In this document: positions 36,803 to 49,977 of the stretch, piece by piece
Position numbering within the stretch: the stretch's first letter is position 1
Layout: each line of letters opens with the position of its first letter
Assembly: GCA_964016885.1 (NCBI GenBank)
Contig: OZ024740.1
Location: forward strand, 1,116,001-1,180,000
Direction of reading: 5' to 3'
Source of the DNA: Eledone cirrhosa
Taxonomy: Eukaryota
Length of the DNA: 64,000 nucleotides
Notes under the pieces: model-generated
The model's database searches: none
Told to the model about the DNA's origin: nothing
The model's input: the letters and a program-made list of their open reading frames with translations, nothing else
Program-made: the position numbers and the translations under genes

Positions 36803-37312
36803 CATACACGTGTGTGTGTTTATGTGTGACTAAATTGCAGGATATGGCCAATGTTTATTTAGAGCTAGAGGGCTATTTGGCTGCTATTTCTACCAGGTCA
36901 AGTAACCAGGTAAGAGTCTCCCTCGTTGATACGTAATAAATATTTTACTGGGAGATGTTGCTTGTTTTACCATGGGTTGTATACAATTGATGGAGTGAAT
37001 TGATATAACTGAAGGTCTTTCTGAAGGAATTAAATTATGTCAGGGACTTTTAACGTATGACACCGGTGTTATTTAAGAACGGGAAAACATTGTCAACGAC
37101 ACCGCGTACCTGCTATCTTAATTATAACTTTAATTAATCTAATTATATCTTGTGTATCAATTATCTCATGTTAAGGTGAAAGTTAATATTCTGTAGATAA
37201 CATAGAGTGAGCTACATGTTCCAGGGTAGGTGTTCCATCTCCTACATGATTAAATATTTCATTTCATGAGAAACTACGCTACATCATGAATTAGTTGTTT
37301 CACATTTTACAG

Positions 37313-37401
37313 GACAGAGAGAAATAGGTTTAAATCACCAACGTCTGAACAATTAGCTTTCCTGGTCTTTCTTGACTTTACACTTGGACTTGAAATATAA
37401 A
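37313..37401 (+). other. Putative non-coding 5' UTR exon of the zinc-finger gene
   Basis: cattttacag| acceptor and |gtacgt donor are conserved with paralogue 11886-11965. Confidence 0.6.
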
Positions 37402-37583
37402 GTACGTATTATTTGTATTGTTAACACAGCAGATATTGTGTACTTTACTACACTCCGTGGAGAACAATCATCATTTATTAAGACACAAACACACACACTC
37501 TCTCTCTTACACTTTCTTATACCGACATCAGTCTTACACAGTCACATATCTTCAGAACTTCGAAGAATTCTCCAAGAATTACT

Positions 37584-38918
37584 ATGGAGCACGTTAAACA
37601 CTTGGACATTTCTACCACACCTGTTTCTACCAATATAGATACTGTTACACAGGCATACAGTGGTGACAAACCTTTACCTAGTGAAACATGTACTGAACAA
37701 GGATCATTACACAGAAATATTCCTGAATATAGCTGTGAGATTTGTAGGAAAACTTTCTCATCGGAAGATGAATTATCTACACACAAACACATACATATTA
37801 AAGACAAACCCTATCATTGTGAAATATGTGGGAAATCTTTCAGTTGGAGTGGTGATTTAACCAACCACAACAGAACACACACTGGAGAAAAACCTTTCAA
37901 ATGTGAAACATGTGGGAAATCTTTCAGCCAAAATACCAATTTAATTAGGCATTTACGTAGTCACAGTGGGGAAAAACCATTTCACTGTGAAATATGTGGG
38001 AAATCTTTCGCTGAGAAAGCCAATCTTGTTAGACATATACGTATTCACACTGGAGAGAAACCTGTTCACTGTGAAATATGTGGGAAATATTTTGCTGATA
38101 GTGCTGTTCTTTTAGTTCACAGAAAAAGACACACTGGAGAGAAACCCTATCAATATGATAAATGTGGGAAATATTTTGTAAGAAGCAGTCATTTAATTAT
38201 ACATAAAAAAAGACACACTGGAGAGAGACCCTATCATTGTGAAATATGTGGAAAATCTTTTGGCAGGAGTAATGACTTAACTACACATGAAAGAACACAT
38301 ACTGGAGAGAGACCCTATCACTGTGAAATATGTGGGAAATCTTTTGTAACAAGCAGTCATTTAACTGAACATAAAAGAATACACACTGGTGAGAAACCCT
38401 ATCATTGTGAAATATGTGGAAAATCTTTTGGCAGTAATGGTGCATTGACTAAACACAAAAGAACACACACAGGAGAGAAACCCTATCACTGTGAAGTATG
38501 TGGGAAATCTTTTGTAACAAGCCCTTCTTTAACTGTACACAAAAGAACACATACTGGAGAGAAACCCTGTTACTGTGAAATATGTGGGAAATCTTTTGTA
38601 ACAAGCCCTTCTTTAACTGTACACAAAAGAACACACACTGGAGAGAAACCCTATCACTGTGAAATATGTGGGAAATCTTTTGGCAGGAGTGATGTCTTAA
38701 CTACACATGAAAGAACACATACTGGAGAGAAACCCTATCAGTGTGAAATATGTGGGAAATATTTTGTAACAAGCAGTCATTTAACTGAACATAAAAGAAC
38801 ACACACTGGAGAGAAACCCTATCATTGTGAAATATGTGGGAAAGCGTTTGTACAGAGCAGTTCTTTAACCATACATAAAAGAACACACACTGGGGAGAAA
38901 CCCTATTCCCTGATGTAG
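37584..38918 (+). CDS. C2H2 zinc-finger protein, 14 tandem fingers (finger 6 has lost its first Cys)
   Basis: CxxC-12-HxxxH repeats with TGEKP linkers; single coding exon; AATAAA at 39225-39230. Confidence 0.95.
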   Translation: MEHVKHLDISTTPVSTNIDTVTQAYSGDKPLPSETCTEQGSLHRNIPEYSCEICRKTFSSEDELSTHKHIHIKDKPYHCEICGKSFSWSGDLTNHNRTHTGEKPFKCETCGKSFSQNTNLIRHLRSHSGEKPFHCEICGKSFAEKANLVRHIRIHTGEKPVHCEICGKYFADSAVLLVHRKRHTGEKPYQYDKCGKYFVRSSHLIIHKKRHTGERPYHCEICGKSFGRSNDLTTHERTHTGERPYHCEICGKSFVTSSHLTEHKRIHTGEKPYHCEICGKSFGSNGALTKHKRTHTGEKPYHCEVCGKSFVTSPSLTVHKRTHTGEKPCYCEICGKSFVTSPSLTVHKRTHTGEKPYHCEICGKSFGRSDVLTTHERTHTGEKPYQCEICGKYFVTSSHLTEHKRTHTGEKPYHCEICGKAFVQSSSLTIHKRTHTGEKPYSLM

Positions 38919-39288
38919 TGTGTAATTAAGGGATCCTCTATCACCTGAGGTAATGTCTTCTCTGCTATGATAATTTTTAGAGGCCTACACCAACATTCCC
39001 TGTTGTAATGTGTAATGGAAGAGCCCTCTATCACCTGAGGTAATGCTGTGTGTGTCTAGTCTCAGAAATTTTAGAGGGTAAAATCAACATTCTCTGTTAT
39101 ACAACATTTTCTTTTTGACTTACCCTTTTTTATTGATTTCATTGTTTTGTAAATAATTTATTAATTTTTCATAATTAATTTTATAAATTGTATTTATGTC
39201 CAAAATTTCATTCTATTTGTTGTTAATAAAAGAATTACATTCAAGGAATTTATCAAGTCTGTAACTTCCAACTTTTTTTTTTATTTTG

Positions 39289-40775
39289 CCATCTAAATCT
39301 GTTATTAGCACCATATGTAATGATATCATCTTGTAAGTAGTTTTAATACATCTAACACCCATCTAAATCTCTGTTATTAACACCATATGTAATGATATCT
39401 TCTTGTAAGTAGTTTTAATACATCTAACACCCATCTAAATCTCTGTTATTAACACCATATGTAATATCATCTTGTAAGTAGTTTTAATACATCTAACACC
39501 CATCTAAATCTCTGTTATTAACACCATATCTAATGATATCATTTGTAAGTAGTTTTAATACATCTAACACCCATCTAAATCTCTGTTATTAACACCATAT
39601 CTAATGATATCACTTGTAAGTAGTTTTAATACATCTAACACCCATCTAAATCTCTGTTATTAACACTATATGTAATGATATCATCTTGTAAGTAGTTTTA
39701 ATACATCTAACACCCATCTAAATCTCTGTTATTAACACCATATGTAATATCACCTTGTAAGTAGTTTTAATACATCTAACACCCATCTAAATCTGTTATT
39801 CACACCATATGTAATGATATCACCTTGTAAGTAGTTTTAATACATCTAACACCCATCTAAATCTCTGTTATTAATACTATATGTAATGATATCATCTTGC
39901 AAGTAGTTTTAATACATCTAACACCCATCTAAATCTCTGTTATTAACACCATATCTAATGATATCATTTGTAAGTAGTTTTAATACATCTAACACCCATC
40001 TAAATCTCTGTTATTAACACTATATGTAATGATATCATCTTGTAAGTAGTTTTAATACATCTAACACCCATCTAAATCTCTGTTATTAACACCATATGTA
40101 ATATCTGTTTCTACTTTAGGCACAAGGCCAGTAATTACCCAGTGCATTACTGGTACTTTATTTTATCGACCCCGTAAGGATGAAAGGCAAAGTCAACCTC
40201 GGCGGGATTTGAACTCAGATCGTAAAGGGACGTAACTATGCTGGAAAGCATGGTGTCCGACTCTCTACCGATACTGCCAATCCACCGTAGTTTTAATACA
40301 TCTAACACCCATCTAAATCTGTTATTCACACCATATGTAATGATATCACCTTGTAAGTAGTTTTAATACATCTAACACCCATCTAAATCTCTGTTATTAA
40401 TACTATATGTAATGATATCATCTTGCAAGTAGTTTTAATACATCTAACACCCATCTAAATCTCTGTTATTAACACCATATGTAATGATATCATCTTGTAA
40501 GTAGTTTTAATACATCTAACACTCATCTAAATCTCTGTTATTAACACAATATGTAATGATATCATCTTGTAAGTAGTTTTAATACATCTAACACCCATCT
40601 AAATCTGTTATTCACACCATATGTAATGATATCATCTTGTAAGTAGTTTTAATACATCTAACACCCATCTAAATCTGTTATTCACACCATATGTAATGAT
40701 ATCACTTTGTAAGTAGTTTTAATACATCTAACACCAATCTAAATCTCTATTATTAACACCATATGTAATGATATT
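39289..40775. repeat. ~72-74-bp tandem satellite, ~17 copies
   Basis: Unit ccatctaaatctctgttattaacaccatatgtaatgatatcatcttgtaagtagttttaatacatctaacac. Confidence 0.95.
40105..40287 (-). mobile_element. Meta-type SINE inserted in the satellite
   Basis: Reverse complement of 6463-6645. Confidence 0.85.
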
Positions 40776-41599
40776 TTAGAAGAAGTTAGTTATGTAGAGA
40801 TATTTAGAAGAGGTTGTTTAGTAGATGTTTGTTCTTCGGGAATTATCACTTTAGCAAATAGTATATATTTGTTGGTTACAGGCTGGACTCCATGTAACAT
40901 AATATAATTAACAACAATGTAGCAAGCAGTGACACTATTTTCTCACTGCGGAGTAATTTAGTCGTGTTTTGTCACTCACCAGCCCTTAGGGTTGGTGGCG
41001 TATGAATACAAAAGATGACTTCCACCCAGCAGTTGCTTCACACCTTTTTTCAGTTCTAGGTAGCAGTTGCTCTTTACATTTTGTTGACACCAGCAACTTA
41101 CAAATGTCTTTCCCAGTCAAGACACCATCTTTCAAAGCTACCCCCCAGTTGTGTTTTGGAGTTGTCTAACAGCTCATAATGGCTTCCCTACTCCTGTCAC
41201 TTTGCTCTCTAACGATGAGAGTCGTTTCATTATACGGCTTTTAGGAGAGTTACCGTAACCGACAACTTGGTTCCAAAGTACTTACCATTAAGAGATTTGC
41301 TATTACATGTCAGCTTTGTTATACAGGATCTCTGTACCACTTCACACCCTTTGTACATACGTTCACGTCAAGCAAAAATAAATCTTTATTATGTTTTGAA
41401 GTATGCCTACTGATCCACAACCATGAAACATAAACCCGCAGCCTTACATCTCTATCTTCTTTAAGGATATAATCTCCGCTACCAATACAGAATACAGCTT
41501 AAAGTCCTCTCACTAAAAACTTAATTCTTCATAAGATTTGCACCGATATAGAATAAGATTTTTTGGGAAAATACAGTATTAATGTTGTCATCACTTGTG

Positions 41600-42610
41600 G
41601 GTCACCTTACTGAGGTGTCATGTGATGTCAGGTGAGGGTACCTGGTTATTTCAGTACCTTAGCCTCACCTTACTGAAGTGTCAGGTGAGGGTACCTGGTT
41701 ATTTCAGTACCTTAGCCTCACCTTACTGAGGTGTCAGGAGATGTCTGTGAGGGTACCTGGTTATTTCAGTTTCTTAGCCTCACCTTATTGGGGTGTCAGG
41801 TGATGTCTGTGAGGGTACCTGGTTATTTCAGTACCTTAGCCTCACCTTACTGGGGTGTCAGGTGAGGGTACCTGGTTATTTCACTACCTTAGCCTCACCT
41901 TACTGAAGTGTCAGGTGAGGGTACCTGGTTATTTCAGTACCTTAGCCTCACCTTACTGAGGTGTCAGGTGAGGGTACCTGGTTATTTCAGTATCTTAGCC
42001 TCACATCACTGAGGTGTCAGGTGAGGGTACCTGGTTATTTCACTACCTTAGCCTCACCTTACTGAGGTGTCAGGTGATGTCTGTGAGGGTACCTAGTTAT
42101 TTCAGTACCTTAGCCTCACCTTACTGGGGTGTCAGGTGAGGGTACCTGGGTATTTCAGTACCTTAGCCTCACCTTACTGAGGTGTCAGGTGATTTCTGTG
42201 AGGGTACCTGGTTATTTCAGTTTCTTAGCCTCACCTTACTGGGGTGTCAGGTGATGTCTGTGAGGGTACCTGGTTATTTCAGTACCTTAGCCTCACCTTA
42301 CTGAGGTGTCAGGTGAGGGTACCTGGTTATTTCAGTACCTTAGCCTCACCTTGCTGAGGTGTCAGGTGAGGGTACCTGGTTATTTCACTACCTTAGCCTC
42401 ACCTTACTGAGGTGTCAGGTGAGGGTACCTGGTTATTTCAGTACCTTAGCCTCACCTTACTGGGGTGTCAAGTGAGGGTACCTGGTTATTTCAGTACCTT
42501 AGCCTCACCTTACTGAGGTGTCAGGTGAGGGTACCTGGTTATTTCACTACCTTAGCCTCACCTTACTGAGGTGTCAGGTGAGGGTACCTGGTTATTTCAC
42601 TACCTTAGCC
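41600..42610. repeat. 50/61-bp self-complementary minisatellite, ~19 copies
   Basis: Unit gtcaggtgagggtacctggttatttcagtaccttagcctcaccttactgaggt with an optional gatgtctgt insert. Confidence 0.95.
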
Positions 42611-42849
42611 ATGCCATCACCCGTGGTAATGTTGCCAGTGTGTTGGCTTGCCTCAAAGTGTGGTGTTAACCCCTATGGTGTGAGGTGAAGCTAATTGTCA
42701 CACCTGGTGGTGAATTGCCCCTCCCCTCCTTTTTTCTTTCCTTTATCATTATTGTTCAATAAATTATATTATTATATTTTTATACACGGCTTAGACATTA
42801 TATTTGTAATGTTTTTCTAAACGAATTGTGAGCAATTTATGTTTTTTAC

Positions 42850-43215
42850 GCATCTGTAATGTTATTTATGTATATATATATATATATATATATATAACAC
42901 ATCTGTAATGTTATTTATGTATATAGATATATATATATATAACATATCTGTAATGTTATATATATATATATATACAACATATCTGTAATGTTATTTATGT
43001 ATATATATATACAACATATCTGTAATGTTATTTATATATATATATATATAACATATCTGTAATGTTATTTATATATATATATAAAACATATTTGTAATGT
43101 TATTTATATATATATATAAAACATATCTGTAATGTTATTTATATATATATAAAACATATCTGTAATGTTATATATATATATATATATATATATATAACAT
43201 ATCTGTAATGTTATT
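42850..43215. repeat. Minisatellite acatatctgtaatgttattt(at)n, ~10 copies
   Basis: Directly visible. Confidence 0.9.
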
Positions 43216-43634
43216 CAATTGAAATTTAAACTTAAAGGTGTAGTAATGCCACAAACGTTTTTCTATCTTTAAATAATTAGATACTTATTTATATAATTGT
43301 AAATACAAGTGCCACAGCACACACATATATATATATATATACATGCTAGAGTCCCAGAGAACGAGAGAATGAAGGACAGGTATATACATGGTAGAAATAG
43401 CAGCCAATGCCCAGCAAAGTACAGAACGAAGTACACACACACTCCCTCTCTCTTTCTCTCTCTCTCACACACACATATATATTTATGTATGCATGTATGT
43501 ATATGGTTAATGGAATTATGTAATAAAATGAAGATGTACAAATAAAACTGTCTCTTATTTATTATACTGACACTTCGATTGATACCTTACTGAGAAAATC
43601 CTAATCGTAAAGTGCTTTACTATATGTGTGTGTG

Positions 43635-43780
43635 TGTAAAAGGTGAACAGAAATAACAACAATATCGATACAGTATATGGAAGGTATATATTAGGTTAAC
43701 GCTTGATATATAGCAGGAAGAGGGTCTTAACGTTTTGGACGCTAGTCCTTTATCAGAAGAAAGAGTGATAAATAAAATAT
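43635..43780 (-). mobile_element. Penelope-type 3' fragment with a mutated minimal hammerhead (43725-43760)
   Basis: Minus strand tctt-CTGATAA-aggactagcgtcc-AAAA-cg-TT-aaga; two core G>A changes. Confidence 0.55.
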
Positions 43781-43794
43781 ATATATATATATAA

Positions 43795-44826
43795 GTTATT
43801 CCAGGTTGAATCGGAGGTAACCACAGTAAGTAAGGTACTCAATACATAGCAGAGTATAAAAGTTTTAATATAGAAGAGCTTCTACAGGACTAGAACTGTT
43901 TCATTCATGAGAAATCATCAGGGAGCTGCTGTCCAAGTAGTGGTATTTATATCTTTTCTTTTCTGGTGGTAGGAGAGGGTGGGGGGTTGGGATGGGTGGA
44001 GGTCATTGGTTGAAGGATTTAAAGAAAAGGGAGTTCATTAAAATCTAATTCTTTAAAGCTATAGTAATAACAAAGGCAGGAAGAATACTGTAAACAAAAT
44101 CATGTTTGGAATTCCAATCCTAGTTTATCACTTAGACTAACAATGGCTGTAAGACAGGTCTCTACAGGATGGGTGGGGTTCAATGGTTTAAAGAAAAGGG
44201 AAATTCTTTAAAGCTGAAATAAGGGTGACAAAGGCAGAAAGGGTTCCATCAACAGATTCAAGTGTTGGGTGCTTCCCCTTATTGTGAAGTTTCTCTTAAT
44301 ATATATTCCAGGTGTTGACAAACACATTCACACACTCGCCCACTTACACACACCTACACACACACACACAACACACATACATAATGGTACATACACACAT
44401 ACACATATACAAATATATACACATACATACAAATATGTGTACATACATACACACACACACACACACACATATATACATATAACATATATATATATGTGTA
44501 TGTCTGTGTATATATATGTGTATATATTTGTATATGTGTATGTGTGTATGTACCATTATGTAAGTTTGTTGTGTGTGTGCGTGCGTGTATGTGTGTGTAC
44601 GTGTGTAAGTGGGCGAGTGTGTGAATGTGTTTGTCAACACTTGGAATATATATTAGGTGAAACTTCACAATAGGGGGCTCACCCCAACACTTGAATCTGT
44701 TGATGGAACCCTTTCTGCCTTTGTCACCCTTATTTCAGCCTTAAAGAATTAGCTTCTAAAGAATTTCCCTTTTCTTTAAACCATTGAACCCCACCCATCC
44801 TGTAGACACCTGTCTTACAGCCATTG
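43795..44826 (-). mobile_element. Family-A pLTR copy (hammerhead 43877-43927) with internal fold-back 44141-44430 / 44520-44826
   Basis: Terminus matches 858 and 21470; caatggctgtaagacagg.. is inverted to ..cctgtcttacagccattg. Confidence 0.75.
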
Positions 44827-44844
44827 TGATACATATATACATAT

Positions 44845-44886
<42 letters not shown>

Positions 44887-44889
<3 letters not shown>

Positions 44890-45092
44890 TCATCATCATT
44901 TCATTTTACGTCCGCTTTTTCCCTGCTTGCAAGGGTGGGACGGGAACTGATTTTGGCTTAATTTCTACAGCTGGATGCCCTTCCTAACACCAACCTCATT
45001 TACAGTGAGTGCTGGGTGCTTTTTTGCCATGGCATCTCCACGACCACTTTGCAGTGGAATCATATGGACCCCAGTCCCTATCATCTCATTTC
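44887..45092 (-). mobile_element. RTE-tailed SINE, 3' half
   Basis: Matches 53690-53898. Confidence 0.8.
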
Positions 45093-45201
45093 TAAATGAG
45101 GAGAATAATTGGGAGAAAGACAGTCTCCCCCACATCGACCCAATAGAGGGACCAGCAGTGCAAGTTGAAGGTAGTATAATAAGTAAGGCCTCCATATACA
45201 T

Positions 45202-45248
<47 letters not shown>

Positions 45249-45676
45249 CATATATACATACACATACATACATACATACACATATACATACATATATATA
45301 CATATACATACATACACATACATACATATATATACATAATATTCATATACATACATACACATACATAAGCATATACACATATACATAAGTATATATACAT
45401 ATACACACGTATATATACATATACATACATACATATATACATATACATACATATATACACATACATACATATATACATACATACACACATATACATACAT
45501 ATATACATATACACACATACACATACATACATATACACATACATATACATACACATACATATATATATATACATACACACACATATATACACACACATAT
45601 ATACATACATACATATACACATATATACACATACATACATATACACTCATATATACATATACATACACATACATAC

Positions 45677-48600
45677 ATAAAGACAAATCCGCCTCATGGA
45701 CGAGAATGCAAGGGCTCCTCCTCTTTGTTTCGGCCGCGGATGGCTAACATAACCCCCCGCTCCCCACCGCTCCCACCCTCCAAACGCAATCCAAAACTTC
45801 AGAGTTGGTACCATGAATGTAGGCACCTTAAATGGTGGCTCTAACGAGGTTGTAGAAATGCTTGAACGTAAGGAGGTCGATGTTTGTTGTATTCAAGAGA
45901 CCAGGTGGAGGGGTGGGTCTGCTAGATTCATCGTGGGTAAAGAACGATGCTATAAGCTTTTCTGGGTGGGAAATGACAATGGGCTGGGTATACACATACC
46001 ACCCCACCACCCCACCGCAAAGTGGTCGTGGAGGCGCCACGGCAAAAAAGCACCCAGCCCACACTGTAAAGCTGACGTGGAGGTGCCACGAAAAAAAAAG
46101 CACCCAGCACTCACTGCAAACGGGGTTGGCATCAGGAAGGGCACCCAGCTGTAGAAACCAATCCAGAATCAGCTCCCATCCCACCCTTGCAAGCATGGAA
46201 AAGCGGACGTATGATGAAGTTGATATATATATATATATTAGTATATATATACACATACATATGTACACATATACACATACATATATGTACATATATATAC
46301 ACATATATATATACACACATATATGATAGACTGATAATTAGCGACCTCATAGTCAGGACGAGACGTACTCGACAGCAGAAGAGGACTATCCTCAGGAGAA
46401 AGATATGGAAGCTAAAGGACCCCACAGCCAGAAATAAATTTCAAAGCATATTACTTGATGCTTTCGACAGTAAGGAAGAGCATTTAGAGTCGGACAATAT
46501 AGAGGGACAGTGGGAATTTCTGAAAGCAAACCTGCTGACGGCGACAGACGAAGTCTGTGGCTGGAGCAGGCCTATAGGCAGGAGGAGAGTAATATGGTGG
46601 TGGAACAGTAAGGTGGAGGGGTCAATTAAGGCCAAAAAGCAGGCTTGGAAAATATGGCGGGATGGGGGAAGTAGAGAAGACTATCAAGTGGCCAGGAGGG
46701 AAGCTAGGAGACAAGTGTACTTCGCAAGAAGGGAAGCAGAGGAAAGAAAGTTCAAGCATGTTCTACAACGCGAGGACCAAAAACGTGAGGTGTTCAGGAT
46801 TGCTAGGCAATGTGTCAAGGAAAACCGTGATATTGTCGGGGAGAAGTGTGTACTTAATGATGACGGAGTACTTGCCATCACCGACGCTGATAAGAAGGTA
46901 GCTTGGAAGTGTCACTATGAAAGGCTACTAAATGAGGAGAATAAATGGGAGAAAGACAGTCTCCCCCACATCGACCCAATAGAGGGACCAGCAGTGTTAG
47001 TCGAGGGTAGTATAATAAGTAAGGCAATCAAGGATATGAAGACGGGTAAGGCGGCTGGGCCTTCGGAAATAGTTGCTGAGATGCTGAAGGCATCTGGCAC
47101 GGTGGGACACACCATGGTCACCCGGATAGTTAACCAAGTCGTACAGAATGGGGTTGTTCCGAAGGACTGGCATAGCAGCATCATCGTTAACTGTTATAAG
47201 GGTAAAGGAGATGCCCTAGATAGGAGTAACACTAGAGGCATTAAATTAATCGACCAGGTCATGAAGGTCACGGAAAAAGTAATAGCGCAACTAATCAGAG
47301 AGAGAATTGACCTAGATGAAATGCAGTTCGGGTTTGTGTCAGGCAAAAGTACCACAGACGCTCTTTTCATTGTACGACAACTACAGGAGAAGTACCTAGC
47401 TAAAGGTAAACCCCTCTACTTAGCTTTTGTCGACTTGGAGAAAGCCTTCAACAGAGTCCCCCGTTCCATTATCTGGTGGGCCCTTAGAAAACTAGGTGTC
47501 GACGAATGGCTTGTGAGAGCTATACAAGCCATGTATAAAGAAACAGTCAGCAAGGTTAGAATTAACAACGAATATAGTGAAGAGTTTAGCGTAAAAGTTG
47601 GCGTCCATCAGGGCTCTGTTCTCAGCCCCCTACTATTTATTATTGCCCTTCAGGCTATAACAGAGGAGTTCAAGACCGGCTGCCCATGGGAACTCCTATA
47701 CGCAGACGACCTGACACTCATAGCTGAATCAATGGCCGAGCTAGAGAAGAAATTCCAAACATGGAAGCACGGCCTAGAATCAAAAGGCCTTAAAATTAAC
47801 CTGGCTAAGACTAAAGTTCTAGTTTCTAGGAAAGAAAATAAGGCGGCGGTCCCTTCCGGGAAATGGCCATGCTCAGTGTGTAGGAAAGGCGTAGGTAGAA
47901 ACTCCATTTTATGTCCCAAATGCAAACTATGGGTGCATAAAAGATGTAGTGGGATCACAGGTAAGCTAACTAAGAACATAGATTTTACATGTGGCCGGTG
48001 CTCTGGTGCAATAAGTAGCAGCAAGTGCCCACAAAATACTAGTTCTTACAACTGCGCAGAGGGCTCTATAGAAATAGTGGACAGCTTCCGTTACCTGGGT
48101 GACAAAATCAGCAGTGGGGGAGGGTGCTCTGAAAGTACAGTAGCTAGAGTCAGAACTGGATGGAAAAAGTTCAGAGAGCTTATACCACTATTAGCCGCTA
48201 AAGGGTTCTCCCTAAAAATGAAAGGCAGGTTGTATGATGCCTGCATACGAACAGCAATGTTGCATGGCAGTGAGACCTGGGCATTGTGTGCAGAGGATAT
48301 ACGCAGACTAGAGAGGAACGAAGCTTGCATGCTCCGCTGGATGTGTAATAGTAATATACGTGAACGGCAAAGCATAAACGAACTAAGGAAAAAATTAGAA
48401 ATAAGAGGGATCAGATGTTGTTTACTCGAGAGAAGGCTACGTTGGTATGGACACGTGATGCGCATGAAAGTCGATAGCTGTATAACAAAGTGCAGGGCAA
48501 TAAAGATAGACGGTAGCCACGGAATAGGCAGACCTAGAAAAACCTGGGACGAGCTGATAAACTCCGACCTCACACACTTACACCTCTCCAAGACAATGTC

Positions 48601-49187
48601 ACTGGACCGAGACCTTTGGCGGTACTCAGTAACAGAGAAGACCCGCCTTACCTAAATACATAGTAAAACCTACTACAGCCAGTAGGCATCTCTAACAAAA
48701 CACACCCCGTCCCACCACCCCCACCCCATCCACACCACCTCCTTCTATGTAAAGTTATGTTGGTGCCACACCATCCAGGCCGAAACAAATGAGATCGTGT
48801 AGGTGTCACGACAAAAAAACACAGTCCACGCTGTAATGTGGCCGTGTAGGCAACACGGTAAAAACCTCCCAGACCCACACTGTAAATGTGGTTGGTGTTA
48901 GGAAGGGCATCCAACTGTAGAAAACCTGCCAGACAGTCCTATGCGAGCAAGACAATCACTCTTGCCTCAAGTGGGAATACCCCCGCCCAAACCCATGCAA
49001 GCGTGGAGCACGGACGTTAAACGTTGATGATGATGATGATGATGATATATCAGTGTACATATATATATACATATATATATAGACAGTCCTATGCGAGCAA
49101 AACGATCACTCTTGCCTCAAGTGGGAAAACCCCCGTCCAAACCCATGCAAGCGTGGAACACGGACGTTAAACGATGATGATGATGAT
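45677..49187 (+). mobile_element. RTE-clade LINE with most of the endonuclease replaced by a SINE/RTE tail (45990-46220); duplicated 3' tail (48930-49048, 49081-49187)
   Basis: NVGTL..CCIQETRW start, long RT ORF, (gat)n tails. Confidence 0.9.
46327..48655 (+). CDS. RTE reverse transcriptase with PHD-like Cys cluster (uninterrupted frame, N-terminally truncated)
   Basis: QFGF..STTDA, AFVDLEKAF, GVHQGSVLSP, LLYADD, CSVC..C.KC..WVHKRC..C.RC, FRYLG, GRPRKTW. Confidence 0.9.
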
Positions 49188-49641
49188 ATATATATAAATG
49201 AATATTTATTCAATTTAAAGCGCCAATTATCTATATATAACAAGATATGAATTTTTCTAGGGATGGGGAAATTTTCAGTTTGTTTTTATATATTCACTTC
49301 ATTTTTTACTTTCTATTTAATACAGTCTTTGATCCAATATAATCCTGACAGTATTTGAACCAGTTTACCTCATATATATGTATGCACACACAACACTCAA
49401 GTTTCGCCATCTACTGCCATTTCATTCATATTTATTGTTTAATTAACTCTGGTCTAATTCATCAACTATTGTTAATTATATTATTACGTAGATTTCTTAT
49501 AAAATCTAGTGCATATATACGTGTATATATACAGGGAGACACTGTAATAGATGTAAAGAGAGTGGGAGATAGAGTTAGAAGAAGTAAAGAGAGGGGGAGA
49601 AATAAGCGGTAGATAGAGTAATAGATGTAAAGAGAGGGTTA

Positions 49642-49977
49642 GAACGTTCAACTTGACAGTCAAACCAATGTTCAGCATGGTAGCCAGTACATATGCCAAC
49701 TACCCAACCGGCCAGCCAGCCGTATTTGCGGTTGACTGGCCAGTTGGGCGGTTGGTATATGGAACGTTCAACTACGCAGTCAGTACCAAAGTTCAACATT
49801 ATAGCCAGTGCATATGCCGATCGCCGCGGCCTCTTTGCTCTTTTTCAATGACCTGGAACTAAGTAAAAAGAGTAGGAGATAACTCGACAAGAGCGGAGAG
49901 GGTGAGATTCGAACTATTTAAAGGCTTTGGCTCCTGAAGTTCGTAAGCGGGGCTGCTACTGACTGAGCAACGCCGGC
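49642..49977 (-). ncRNA. tRNA-like head (49893-49977) followed by direct repeats flanking a ~30-bp GC-rich hairpin
   Basis: gttgctcagtcagtag A-box-like and gttcgaatc B box; hairpin 49691-49760; repeats 49642-49697 / 49761-49818. Confidence 0.45.

Noticed and set aside
39289-42610. CRISPR-like arrays
   Set aside because: No unique spacers, no cas genes, eukaryotic context; these are plain tandem repeats.
43725-43760. Active minimal hammerhead
   Set aside because: CTGATAA without a compensating C3U change, and AAAA in place of GAAA, remove essential core guanines.
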